IMG/VR virus record: IMGVR_UViG_3300025459_000003
Span: 1-64,000 of that record
Direction: 5' to 3' (one strand)
Length of the DNA stretch: 64,000 bases
Origin: a virus
Shown here: one piece after another, positions 9,078-18,507 of the stretch
How positions within the stretch are numbered: the stretch's first letter is position 1
Layout of the letters: the number at the start of each line of letters is the position of its first letter
Translations under genes and position numbers: made by a program
The notes under the pieces: model-generated
Seen by the model: only the letters and a program-made list of their open reading frames with translations
What the model was told of the DNA's origin: nothing
Database searches by the model: none

Positions 9078-12000
9078 ATGGCTTCCAGCTCTCTCTTGCT
9101 CAAGAAGTCCGCTTTGCTCCCAGTTCCCGGAATCGGGGAAGGGGTGGGGGGCATCGACCTCGTCACCAAGGAAAACCTCATAGACGACCCGGGGTACGCC
9201 GCTCACCAGCACCATGCCGACCCGGAGTACGACATGCCGTTCGGCCAGAAGGGGACGGAGGTGGAGGGCACCAAGCACGGATCCGCCAAGCACGCCGACT
9301 CCTCCGTCTGCGTCTGCGGGCACATGTGGCACGAGCACTGGGACAAGGGGGACTTCGGCTGCAAGAGCGAAGGACGCGGCTGCGAATGCAAGGGATTCAA
9401 GGCGAAGGCGGCCTCCCGGCCCTCGGAGCCGTCCTACAGGGCGGCCGAGGTCCTTGCCCATTTCGGCAGGATACGGAAGGGGAGCATCCGCAGGACGGCG
9501 CTGGCCCTCGACCGCATGGCTGCCGAGGACGCCAGGGATTTCGCCCATGAGCCCGTCGAGGAGTTTACCAAGAGGGTGACGCCCGTCAGCCCGCTCCTCA
9601 AGGAGCCGGACCCCGAGACCGCCACGTTCTTCAAGGAGAGCGAGGAGGGCACCGAACGGGGCGGGGACGCCCCGCCCAGCGCCGACCCGGACCTGGTTGC
9701 CTACATAAAAAGCAAGGGCATGGACCCTCGCTGGATTCCGGTCGAGCGCCTGCCCGGCAAGCGGATGAAGGACTACCCCATAACCAGGGCGATCCTGGAA
9801 TGGGAGAAGTCGACGGGGAAGCATTTCGGGGACCCCTCCCTGACCGATGCCGAACGGGAAAGGCTGACGAAATGGGGCGGGGGGAAGAAAGAAAAGGTAG
9901 ATACCATTTCTTTCCAGGAAACGGAGGATTGGGGTATCGTTCCCCTGGACGAGGACATCGGCGTCGCCTTCGACAGGGAGGAGCTCAGGGAGGCGATAAG
10001 AGGAGTCCTGGGCACGCTGACCCCTCGCGAGCAGAAAGTCATCGAAAGGCGGTTCAACCTGGACGGAAGGGGCGGGGCCACCCCTGAGGAAATAGGGAAT
10101 GAGTTTGCGGTTAACAGGGAGCGGATACGCCAGATCGAGGCAAAGGCCCTGCGCAAGCTGCGCCATCCCTCCAGGAGCAGGCGCTTGCGCCCGTTCGTCT
10201 CGGCCCTCCTCAAAAAGGCGGAATGGGATAGTAGACAGGCCGCCGAGGCCATAGGAAAGGTGTTCGTCGGCGAGTGGAACGACATCCCGGACGACGTCAT
10301 TGAGGAGGCTGCCAAGATGGCATCCGGCATCTTGGGGACGGCCTACATATTCTTTTCGCCCGAGGGGGCAAGGAACATTCGGTCGCAAAATGCTGGGTGG
10401 TCCGTAGGCAGCAAGTCGGTTCCCCTACAAGAAGGATCTAAACTGGTGGCAATGGTGGGCACCCCAAAGCCCAAGCAGGCCACCACGAAGTCCTACGGCG
10501 CTGGCACTCCCATCGGCGGGACGGCGAACGGCGTGGGGCAGCCCGCGCCCGGCGACCAGCCCACCCACCCCGCTTCGTTCCAGCAGCCCGCCCAGCAGCC
10601 AGCCCAACAGAGTGCCCAGCACCCAGCCGGGCCCGTGCAGCAGGAACAGCAGCAAACGCAGCAGCAAGGGCGGCAGGGGCGGCCCTACCAACGAGGCCAG
10701 TCCCTGTCGGTCGATCCCAATGCCCCGCCTGGCGTTCCGCAGAACGTCGCCGACCAGGACAGCATGGTCAGCGAGATAGTCAGGCAGCTCCAGGAGAAGA
10801 TGTCGGCCCTAGAGTCGAAGGTGGAAATCCACGAGTCACCCGACCTGCTGCCGCCCCGCACCGAGCTCAGGAAGCACCTCGACCCGTCGCTCGTGGACGA
10901 GGAGGACAGGATTCCCATCCCGGTGAGCAAGGGGGCGGGCAGCGCCGAGGAGGACGACGAGGACGACGAGGACGACAGGGGGCCGATACCCGACCTCGGC
11001 ACCCTGTACGGGAGGCCGATAGAAAAGACGGATTTCCCGGCTCCTTCCGGACCGCAGGTGCATTGCCCCGTTTGCTGGCAGAACCAGACGGATTGGACGG
11101 ACGATGAGATTCGGCGGCATGCCCAGAGTTGTGGGAAGGCCTCGGGGCCGTCCGGGGGTGGGGAGCTTAATGACCTCGTGGAGAGGGGCACCCACGACCG
11201 GTGCCAGGAGCCGGGATGCGGGGCGATAATAAGCAAGCTGTATATGAAAGACCACATGCGGACCTTCCATCCCCATGCCGACCCGGCGTCGTACCTGGAC
11301 CTCACCGACGAGGACAGGAGGTTCCTCCAGGAGATGAGGATACGGGGGGCCAAGAAGGCCTCCGACTGGGATCCCATCGGGGCGAAGAAGCAGTACGACG
11401 AGGCATGCAGGCTGTGGGACGAGGGCAGGCAGAACGATGCGACGGAGGCGCTGCGCTCCTCCGTCCGCTCCAACCCCTACCACGGGCCCGCCCACTTCAG
11501 GCTCGGGGTGGCCCTCGCCCATGAGGGGAACGAGGAGGAGGCGCTCGCCGAGCTGGGGCTGGCGCTCAAGGCAAGGCCCAGGAACACGTGGGCCTACCAT
11601 ACCATCGTGGCGGAGATGGACAAGAAGGGCGACCTGGACGGGCTGCCGCAGTCCGTGAGGAAGTTCATCGGGGACAATATGGTCTCCAAGCAGGCGGGAG
11701 GGGGGCCGACCAAGCGCTGCGGGCCCATCATCATCGATCAGAATGGGTGGCTTACCCCGGAAGGCGACTTCGTTCCCGTAGCAGTGGACAAAAGCCACCT
11801 TGAAGAAGGCTTCGAATCGGCGGTCCGGGTCATTTGCACTCCGCCTTTCGTCGCCTTCGACATCCAAGTAGACTCCCCGAGAGTTCGGGAAGTGGTCAAG
11901 GAGGCCTTGCGCAACAACCCAGGGCTGCAAACCGTGGAAATCGAGATTCAGGGGGTCGAGTTCGAGGACAAGCTCAATCCGGAACAAGCCGAGGAACTCC

Positions 12001-12185
12001 TGGACAGCTACCGCTGGAGGCCCGAGTACCGAAAGAAAAGCAAGGTCGCCGTCCAGACCGAGGAAGGGGTCAACGAGGTGTGCCCGAACTGCCATGGCCA
12101 GAAGACCAAGCCCGTCGACGACCCGGAGGTGGAGGGCGGAAACCTAGTGGAATGCCTGACTTGCGGGGCATTCTTCGCCAAGTAG
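9078..12185 (+). CDS. Polyvalent protein: Zn fingers, RpoD-like sigma-70 region 4, TPR
   Basis: [13 protein letters not shown]...[33 protein letters not shown] (about 9975-10200) closely matches the RpoD region 4 consensus; TPR-like [22 protein letters not shown]; several CxxC/C2H2 motifs. Confidence 0.75.
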   Translation: MASSSLLLKKSALLPVPGIGEGVGGIDLVTKENLIDDPGYAAHQHHADPEYDMPFGQKGTEVEGTKHGSAKHADSSVCVCGHMWHEHWDKGDFGCKSEGRGCECKGFKAKAASRPSEPSYRAAEVLAHFGRIRKGSIRRTALALDRMAAEDARDFAHEPVEEFTKRVTPVSPLLKEPDPETATFFKESEEGTERGGDAPPSADPDLVAYIKSKGMDPRWIPVERLPGKRMKDYPITRAILEWEKSTGKHFGDPSLTDAERERLTKWGGGKKEKVDTISFQETEDWGIVPLDEDIGVAFDREELREAIRGVLGTLTPREQKVIERRFNLDGRGGATPEEIGNEFAVNRERIRQIEAKALRKLRHPSRSRRLRPFVSALLKKAEWDSRQAAEAIGKVFVGEWNDIPDDVIEEAAKMASGILGTAYIFFSPEGARNIRSQNAGWSVGSKSVPLQEGSKLVAMVGTPKPKQATTKSYGAGTPIGGTANGVGQPAPGDQPTHPASFQQPAQQPAQQSAQHPAGPVQQEQQQTQQQGRQGRPYQRGQSLSVDPNAPPGVPQNVADQDSMVSEIVRQLQEKMSALESKVEIHESPDLLPPRTELRKHLDPSLVDEEDRIPIPVSKGAGSAEEDDEDDEDDRGPIPDLGTLYGRPIEKTDFPAPSGPQVHCPVCWQNQTDWTDDEIRRHAQSCGKASGPSGGGELNDLVERGTHDRCQEPGCGAIISKLYMKDHMRTFHPHADPASYLDLTDEDRRFLQEMRIRGAKKASDWDPIGAKKQYDEACRLWDEGRQNDATEALRSSVRSNPYHGPAHFRLGVALAHEGNEEEALAELGLALKARPRNTWAYHTIVAEMDKKGDLDGLPQSVRKFIGDNMVSKQAGGGPTKRCGPIIIDQNGWLTPEGDFVPVAVDKSHLEEGFESAVRVICTPPFVAFDIQVDSPRVREVVKEALRNNPGLQTVEIEIQGVEFEDKLNPEQAEELLDSYRWRPEYRKKSKVAVQTEEGVNEVCPNCHGQKTKPVDDPEVEGGNLVECLTCGAFFAK

Positions 12186-12222
12186 GGATCACGGCGGCTA
12201 CGCAAGCTTATATTAGGGAACC

Positions 12223-13125
12223 ATGTCGTTCAAGAAGATAGCCCAGGCCGTGCTTTTCGAGCCTACGATGACTTCCTGCGACTGGGGGAGGATGTGGGGG
12301 GATCGCGCCTTCCGCGGGTGCGCCGTCGACAGGGCGCATCCCTTCTGCAAGACCGCGGCCGACCACACCAAGTACCTGCTCAGCCATTGCACCATTATGA
12401 GCTCGGTGGCCTGCGAGTCCGAGCCCAACGACTACCTGATCCGCCCCGCGTCGGCGCATCTCGTTAACAACAACGACGATGCATGGGAGAATTCCGTCCT
12501 CAAGCTGTCCCACAAGAGCTTCGTGGGGGCATTCAACTTCGTCGAGCACTTCCAGAACAGCAAGTATGCGAAGGGGCACGTCATCGACAGCATCCTCCGC
12601 AAGATACACCTCACCCAGGACCCCCGGGACGACGTTTTCTTCGTCGACATCCTCGTGGCGACGGACCTCTCGCACCACAAGCTTGCCGACGACATAAGGA
12701 GCAGGAAGGTCAAGTACCTGTCGATGGGGTGCGTCACCGACCTCGTCATATGCTCCTTCTGCGGGCAGCACGTCACGGACGCGAGCAGCTACTGCCACCA
12801 CCTCCAGTTCAACAAGGGCACGTTCCTGCCCGACGACGACGGGGTGCCGCGCCGCGTGGCGGAGCTCTGCGGGCACAAGACCCTCCCCGGAGGGGGGGTG
12901 AAGTTCGTGGAGGCTAGCTGGGTGCAGACCCCGGCGTTCCCGGGGGCGATGCAGAGGTCCATAGTGGCGGACGAGTGGCTGGGCCCCGCCACCCGCTTCA
13001 CGAGCAGGGTCGAGGCCTCGGGAAAAGAGGCGTTCTCCAAGGCGGCCTCGGAAAGTGGCGACTATTCAAGTCCTTATTTGGGGGAGCTGTTGCTCTCAAG
13101 TGACGACGGAAGGAACCTAAGGTAA
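12223..13125 (+). CDS. Prohead (capsid maturation) protease with Zn-ribbon insert
   Basis: N-x-N-x-D, FVEH, SMGC, CSFCG...CHHL, FVEASWVQTPAFPGA motifs; upstream of scaffold and capsid genes. Confidence 0.75.
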   Translation: MSFKKIAQAVLFEPTMTSCDWGRMWGDRAFRGCAVDRAHPFCKTAADHTKYLLSHCTIMSSVACESEPNDYLIRPASAHLVNNNDDAWENSVLKLSHKSFVGAFNFVEHFQNSKYAKGHVIDSILRKIHLTQDPRDDVFFVDILVATDLSHHKLADDIRSRKVKYLSMGCVTDLVICSFCGQHVTDASSYCHHLQFNKGTFLPDDDGVPRRVAELCGHKTLPGGGVKFVEASWVQTPAFPGAMQRSIVADEWLGPATRFTSRVEASGKEAFSKAASESGDYSSPYLGELLLSSDDGRNLR

Positions 13126-15308
13126 TGGCAAAGCCAAAGGCCGATACGATCATTGCAACCTACAGGCGCAAGCTCGCCGAGCTCGGCGAGCTGGACAACG
13201 AAATCAAGAGCCTGGACATGTCCCTCCCCGAGGGGGAGGGGGAGAAGACGTTCGACTACCTCGCCGAGAAGCGGGGGGAGATCGAGCAGGAAATCCGGGC
13301 CATGAAAGAGAAGGTGGACCTCCTCACCGCGTGGGAGAGGTTCAAGGAGAGCCAGAACTGGTCGGACGAGCTGAAGTCCGAGCTGGACGGACTGGACGAG
13401 GAGATAGGGAACATCGCCACCGGCAAGGGCACGGACCTGGTGGAGGCTGGCGGGAACCTGGTCCCCGAAACGCCGCCCGCGCCTGCGGGAGCCAAGCCAG
13501 ACGTGCCGGAAGCGCCCCCGGCCGAGGGGGAGGGAGTCCCTCCCGAAACCCCCCCGGAAGGGGCATCGCCAAGCGAACCATCGGCGGGGGCCGCGCCCCC
13601 GTCTGAAGCGCCCCCGCCCGCCCCGGCAGGGGCACCGTCCGCCTCCCTAGCGGGGGAGCCGGTGCAGGCCAGCAAGGAAAGCAACTACCAAACTCAAGAT
13701 AAGAAGGGAAATTGTCCGCCCGAAAAGGGGACGAAGCAGAGAGGAAGAGCCATGGCAAATGAAAAGAAGTCTTCGCTGAAGGAAAAGCTCGCCGAGATGA
13801 AGGTCAGCAGGGAGGCGATCACCCGGGAGGCCAAGACCCGCGTCGCCTGCGCCTGGACCATCGCCAAGACGATGCTGCCGGGGGCCCCGCCCGAAACGCA
13901 GCAAACGTTCGCGGCGTCGCTGCTCCAGAACAAGACCTGCGCGCTCAAGGCGGCCCTGCGCCAGACGGCGATCAACGCCCACTACACCAAGGTGGCGGAA
14001 ACGCTCAAGGAGGTCCACAAGGTCGAGATGAACGACCTACTTGAGAAGCCCGAAGTCCTCGCGAAGGAAAAGAGCGCCGTCAAGGCTGAGGTCCGGGGCG
14101 AGGCGAAGAACGCCGCCCCCGCCGAGAAGACGGCCGACGACCGCAAGGACGCCGGACCCCAGACGCCGACCTACAACGACGGTCGCGGATGCGGGGGAGG
14201 GACGCACAGCGAGCCGAAGGAGCTCGACGCCTCCAAGGCCGGGGAGCGCCCCGGGGCCGGGGAACGTCCCGGCGACACCGTGGACCTGTCGGAAGGCAAG
14301 TCCGCCTCCGGGAAGAAGGCGGCGGCATGTGCCGAGTGCAAGCCTGGCAAGCCGTGCCCGAAGTGCTCCAAGGAAGCCAACGCCAAGAAGGCGGACGACC
14401 CCGATGCAGGGCTCCACGGGGAGGATGCCGCCCCGCCAGCAGGTACCGCCCCGCCAACCGAGGCCGCCCCACCGGTCGAAGCGCCGCCGGCCGGCGACGC
14501 AGGCCTTCCCGGGCCCGGGCCGGAAGCCCCCGCCGCCGAGATGGTGACGGAGGAGAAGATCAAGGACCTCGGGGAGAAGGCCGACGAGCTGGCGGACGAA
14601 ATCCACCAGCTTGAGGAAGCCGTCGAGAAGGAAGAAAAAGAAGGCGAGGAGGTCCCCAAGGGCGTCGTCGAGAACGAGGGCGACGAGCTTGAGGCCGGAC
14701 TGCCCGAAGGCGAGGGCCAGGAGCTCAAGCTGGAGGAAATCTTCAACGACGAGGAGATGGGAGAGAAGGCCGCCGCCCTGGCCAACGAAGGCGATCCCGG
14801 GGGGACGGACTTCTTCGCCCCGTCCGCGGCCGCCGAGATGGAGGCCTCGCTGGAGGACGGCGACGGCATGGGCACCATCAGCGACATGTTCAACAGGCAG
14901 GGATCGGACGACGACCCATTGGCCGCCCTGATGACGGTCAAGTCCGCCGCCGAAGTGGCGGGGATCAGCGTCGTTCCCAGCTACACTGGGGAGGCGGCAA
15001 AGCACTTCGAACAGAACGAGGCCCCCAAGGAGACCCGCAATACCTCCAGCGACCACGAGGACGACCTCTGGGCCGAGGTGATACCGGATGGGAAGCCCGA
15101 GGAGCAGGGGGCCAAGCGGACCCCGCAGGACGCGACCAACGAACTGAAGCCCCCGAAGGAGGCTTCCGCCAAGGAGGGGGAGAAGAAGGCCGCCGCACCG
15201 GCAGCGCCCCCGACCCTGAAGAGAATCAAGCCGGTCATCGCCTCCGACAAGGAGCCGCCGCGCATCAACGTGGCCGCGGCCCTGTTCGCCGACGATTTCG
15301 AAGGATAG
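13125..15308 (+). CDS. Capsid scaffolding protein
   Basis: Acidic, coiled-coil and low-complexity 727 aa protein between protease and capsid genes; possible internal start at 13752. Confidence 0.65.
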   Translation: MAKPKADTIIATYRRKLAELGELDNEIKSLDMSLPEGEGEKTFDYLAEKRGEIEQEIRAMKEKVDLLTAWERFKESQNWSDELKSELDGLDEEIGNIATGKGTDLVEAGGNLVPETPPAPAGAKPDVPEAPPAEGEGVPPETPPEGASPSEPSAGAAPPSEAPPPAPAGAPSASLAGEPVQASKESNYQTQDKKGNCPPEKGTKQRGRAMANEKKSSLKEKLAEMKVSREAITREAKTRVACAWTIAKTMLPGAPPETQQTFAASLLQNKTCALKAALRQTAINAHYTKVAETLKEVHKVEMNDLLEKPEVLAKEKSAVKAEVRGEAKNAAPAEKTADDRKDAGPQTPTYNDGRGCGGGTHSEPKELDASKAGERPGAGERPGDTVDLSEGKSASGKKAAACAECKPGKPCPKCSKEANAKKADDPDAGLHGEDAAPPAGTAPPTEAAPPVEAPPAGDAGLPGPGPEAPAAEMVTEEKIKDLGEKADELADEIHQLEEAVEKEEKEGEEVPKGVVENEGDELEAGLPEGEGQELKLEEIFNDEEMGEKAAALANEGDPGGTDFFAPSAAAEMEASLEDGDGMGTISDMFNRQGSDDDPLAALMTVKSAAEVAGISVVPSYTGEAAKHFEQNEAPKETRNTSSDHEDDLWAEVIPDGKPEEQGAKRTPQDATNELKPPKEASAKEGEKKAAAPAAPPTLKRIKPVIASDKEPPRINVAAALFADDFEG

Positions 15309-15578
15309 CGTACGCTTCGCGAGCGTGCCTTAATTCCCTTCCGGGAGCCGCAAGGGTCCCGGAGGGGATACGCTTTTATGGCGTCGCGAGGACCCGTCCA
15401 GCCGCCGTTCCAGGCGTCTTTCCTCGGCAAAATGCCCCCCGCATCCCCTGGCCACAAGGTTTTTCGACTACGGACTCCATATACTGAATGGGTGCCGAGG
15501 CTAAAGTCCCGCCGTCCCTCCATGGACTGAGGACTGGCCAAGGCACAATCCAACCATTCCTGAAATTGGAGATGTCCA

Positions 15579-16136
15579 ATGTCCTTGAAATTGGTATATT
15601 ACGGACAAAACGACAGCGTCAACTGCGTGCCGGACGTAACCTTGACCGGCGACCCGGGGACCGACCAGGCCACGCTCACCGCGGCCGGGTACCTGGGGGG
15701 CAAAATCATGACAATCGGAGCACCTGGAGACAGGGGCAACGATGCCTATGGTGAGGCTTCCAACACGGAGTCCGTCATCTATCCGTGCGACAGCGAATCC
15801 AAAGCCCCGTTCGCGACGCTGCTCAACGGCCCCGGAGAATTCTCCGGCGCGATCGGCCCCGCAGGGTCGAAGAAGGCCCCCGTCGTCCGTGCCCTGTGGC
15901 AGGGCAACGTCAACAACGAAGCCTACGACACGGGCGCAACCTGGACCGGCTCGCTCGGTGCCTTCCTGTTCTGCGGCGGGACGACCAACACGATCATCGG
16001 GAAGTACACCCTGGTCGCCCGGCTCAACACCAACACCCTAGTTACGGCCATCGAGGCCGGGAAGCTTCCCGTGGGCATTTGCACCCACATTCCGTCAACC
16101 TCCGAGCCCTGGCTCGGCGTAGCCTCTCTGCTGTAG
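15579..16136 (+). CDS. Head decoration / minor capsid protein
   Basis: 185 aa, Gly/Thr-rich, directly upstream of the MCP; GGAG RBS. Confidence 0.6.
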   Translation: MSLKLVYYGQNDSVNCVPDVTLTGDPGTDQATLTAAGYLGGKIMTIGAPGDRGNDAYGEASNTESVIYPCDSESKAPFATLLNGPGEFSGAIGPAGSKKAPVVRALWQGNVNNEAYDTGATWTGSLGAFLFCGGTTNTIIGKYTLVARLNTNTLVTAIEAGKLPVGICTHIPSTSEPWLGVASLL

Positions 16137-16195
16137 AGGAAAAGGAATCCTCCTTCGGGGGGACCACCTGAAAGGAAAGTTCAAGGAGAATCACC

Positions 16196-17197
16196 ATGGC
16201 AAACCTCAGCCGCACACAGCAGCAGACCGCTATGATCGGTCAGTTGCTGAAGACCGCAGGAGGCCGCCAGAAGCTGGCCGCCTCGCTCGGACCGTCTCTC
16301 CGCAGGCGGCGTGACTACATGAGCATCGCACGCAAGGCGCTCATGGTCGAAACGCTGCCGGACGGCGCTCTGCCCATCTACGACAAGGAATTCGACACCG
16401 CGGCCCAGACCGTGGGCTCCACCCCCGGTGGGTCCTTCGTCGAAGCCTTCGTCGTGGGCGAGGAGGGCGGGGATATCGTCAGGGTCACCAAGCCCAAGAG
16501 GGTCACGGTGCCCACTTTCGAAATCGTTTCCAACCCGATGATCCCGATCTCCCAGATCAAGGAGCGTCGGTTCGATTTGGTCGCCCGTGCCCTTAACCTG
16601 GCGAAGGCCGAGGTTGGGGCCGCCGAGGACGGCTACGTGTTCGGCTTGTTCGACGCCGTAGCAGCCTCCGCGAACACGGCAGTGGCCGCGGACAACCTAG
16701 CGAGGAGTGGAAGCGGCACGTTCGACCCCATCTACAACGGCGACATCGCCATCAACGCCCCCATCGACCTCAACTCGATGGCGGACGGCTTCGGGCAGGT
16801 GCAACGGCACGACCTCTCGGTCGCGTTCTGCTTCTTCAACCCGAGGGACTACGTCGACCTGCTCAAATGGACCCAGCAGAATATTGACAGGGAAACCCAG
16901 CGCAAACTGCTCAAAACAGGAGTGATGGGCTATCTGTGGGGGGCCACGCTCCTCCAGTCCCGTAAGGTCGGTTACGGCTGCGTGTACATCCTGGCGGACG
17001 CCGAGTTCCTGGGCGTCATCCCGGAGCGCATCCCGCTGACCGTCATGTCCGCCGACCGTCCCGACCTGCGCCAGATCGGCTTCTCGATCTTCGAGAACCT
17101 CGGCTTCCTGGTCTTCAACCCGTCAGGCGTCCAGCGCCTGACCATCAACGGCAGGTACGAAGCGTTCGTCGCCAACCAGAACGTCGGCGAGAACTAG
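16196..17197 (+). CDS. Major capsid protein (HK97 fold)
   Basis: 333 aa; KRVTVPTFEIVSNPMI...AKAEVGAAEDGYVF, F(N)PRDY, IGFSIFENLGFLVFNP; canonical position; strong RBS; terminator follows. Confidence 0.85.
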   Translation: MANLSRTQQQTAMIGQLLKTAGGRQKLAASLGPSLRRRRDYMSIARKALMVETLPDGALPIYDKEFDTAAQTVGSTPGGSFVEAFVVGEEGGDIVRVTKPKRVTVPTFEIVSNPMIPISQIKERRFDLVARALNLAKAEVGAAEDGYVFGLFDAVAASANTAVAADNLARSGSGTFDPIYNGDIAINAPIDLNSMADGFGQVQRHDLSVAFCFFNPRDYVDLLKWTQQNIDRETQRKLLKTGVMGYLWGATLLQSRKVGYGCVYILADAEFLGVIPERIPLTVMSADRPDLRQIGFSIFENLGFLVFNPSGVQRLTINGRYEAFVANQNVGEN

Positions 17198-17219
17198 AAC
17201 TAGCCGCTTGGCAAGCCTC

Positions 17220-17257
17220 AATGCGAGGGCCCTCCTTGGGCCCTCGCATTTCTTTGT
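17220..17257 (+). terminator. Intrinsic terminator after MCP
   Basis: AATGCGAGGGCCC-tcctt-GGGCCCTCGCATT followed by TCTTTGT. Confidence 0.8.
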
Positions 17258-17389
17258 CTGCATGGGCAGGCATGTCCGCATAGGCCCTTTCGGCCTTTTT
17301 TCCCCACTTATCCGGACATTTGGCCCGATAAATGGCCTGATAGGCCGACATGTAACTTTTCGTTACGGTTATCCGGACATTCGCCGGTC

Positions 17390-17956
17390 CTACCTGAGGT
17401 TGCCCTTCCTGCTGAAAAGCAGGTAGTCCGCGTGGTTCCTCCGCAGGGAGTTGTTGGACACCCATCGTCCGCTGATGCGCTTCTGCGCCCGTCCCACTAT
17501 GAGCCACTCGAACGGCTCCCCGCATACCGAGATGGCCCACAGGGGCATCCATTGCGGCTTGTGGTTGTGGACGAACCCCTGGCACTTCACCAGCAGGAAT
17601 GCCTTCGTGACGCGCCAGCACTCTTTGGTCCCGGCGATGAAGCGCTCCTTCATCTCCGCGTCGTTCCGTCCCATCGTGCTGAAACGGGCATCCTCGGCGG
17701 TCCCCACGTCCGGGTGGAACGGTGGGTCGAAGACCACCGTCGGTATGCTTCCGTCCGCGAACGGCAGGCGCAGGAAGTCGGCCACGAAGTCCTTGGCCCG
17801 CAAGGGGTTTATGTCCCCTCCCAGCACCCTGCGGGAGCTGCCCTTCCAGAATGTCCCGTTGCCGTAGGTGACGTCCACGACGGGGGAGGGGGCCCCGACC
17901 AGGTCGAGCAGGCCGCCCACGGCGTCCCCGGACGTCCCGACCATGAAGCTGTTCAT
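17390..17956 (-). CDS. Putative amino (N6A/N4C) DNA methyltransferase, small
   Basis: SAM-binding-like DVTYGNGTFW and catalytic VFDPPF. Confidence 0.65.
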   Translation of the reverse strand: MNSFMVGTSGDAVGGLLDLVGAPSPVVDVTYGNGTFWKGSSRRVLGGDINPLRAKDFVADFLRLPFADGSIPTVVFDPPFHPDVGTAEDARFSTMGRNDAEMKERFIAGTKECWRVTKAFLLVKCQGFVHNHKPQWMPLWAISVCGEPFEWLIVGRAQKRISGRWVSNNSLRRNHADYLLFSRKGNLR

Positions 17957-18027
17957 GCCCCCAAATACCGCAATTTCGGGTATTAGCAGTCGTCGGGCAC
18001 TATCCCGTCCTTCTATGGGGGGCAAGA

Positions 18028-18507
18028 GTGAAATCCTACTTCGTCAACACGACCGTCAATTTCGAGAAGTCCAAGTTCTACGTCCGGCCCGGCGACCTGC
18101 TGTCGTACGACGCCCAGCACGGGAACTCCCTCGCCGTCTACCGCAACGGGCAGCTCCTCAAGGTGCTCAAGCAGGATCCCCTGGCCGTCGAGGCGTTCGT
18201 GAAGAGCGGGTTCATCGTGGAGGTCAGGGCCCCGCAGCCCGAGAAGGCGAAGGACGTCCCCGAACGGACCCTCCATCTCCCTTCCTACGTGGGGGTGGTC
18301 CCCCAGCCTCCCGTGGCGGCAAGGGACGAGAAGCCCCCCGCCGACCTTCCCGCCAAGGAGCCCCCCAAGGAAGGCAAGAAGCGGAAGAAGGAAGAGGAGC
18401 CGAGGCAGGCCAGGATAGACGATCCCGTCCGTTCCCCCAAGGGGCCGCCCTCCCAGTCCTCCGGACGAGCCGATGAACCGGAACAAAGCCATCTAGCCGA
18501 CTCCTAA
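18028..18507 (+). CDS. Hypothetical late protein
   Basis: 159 aa, GTG start, late-type promoter at 17998-18019. Confidence 0.6.
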   Translation: MKSYFVNTTVNFEKSKFYVRPGDLLSYDAQHGNSLAVYRNGQLLKVLKQDPLAVEAFVKSGFIVEVRAPQPEKAKDVPERTLHLPSYVGVVPQPPVAARDEKPPADLPAKEPPKEGKKRKKEEEPRQARIDDPVRSPKGPPSQSSGRADEPEQSHLADS

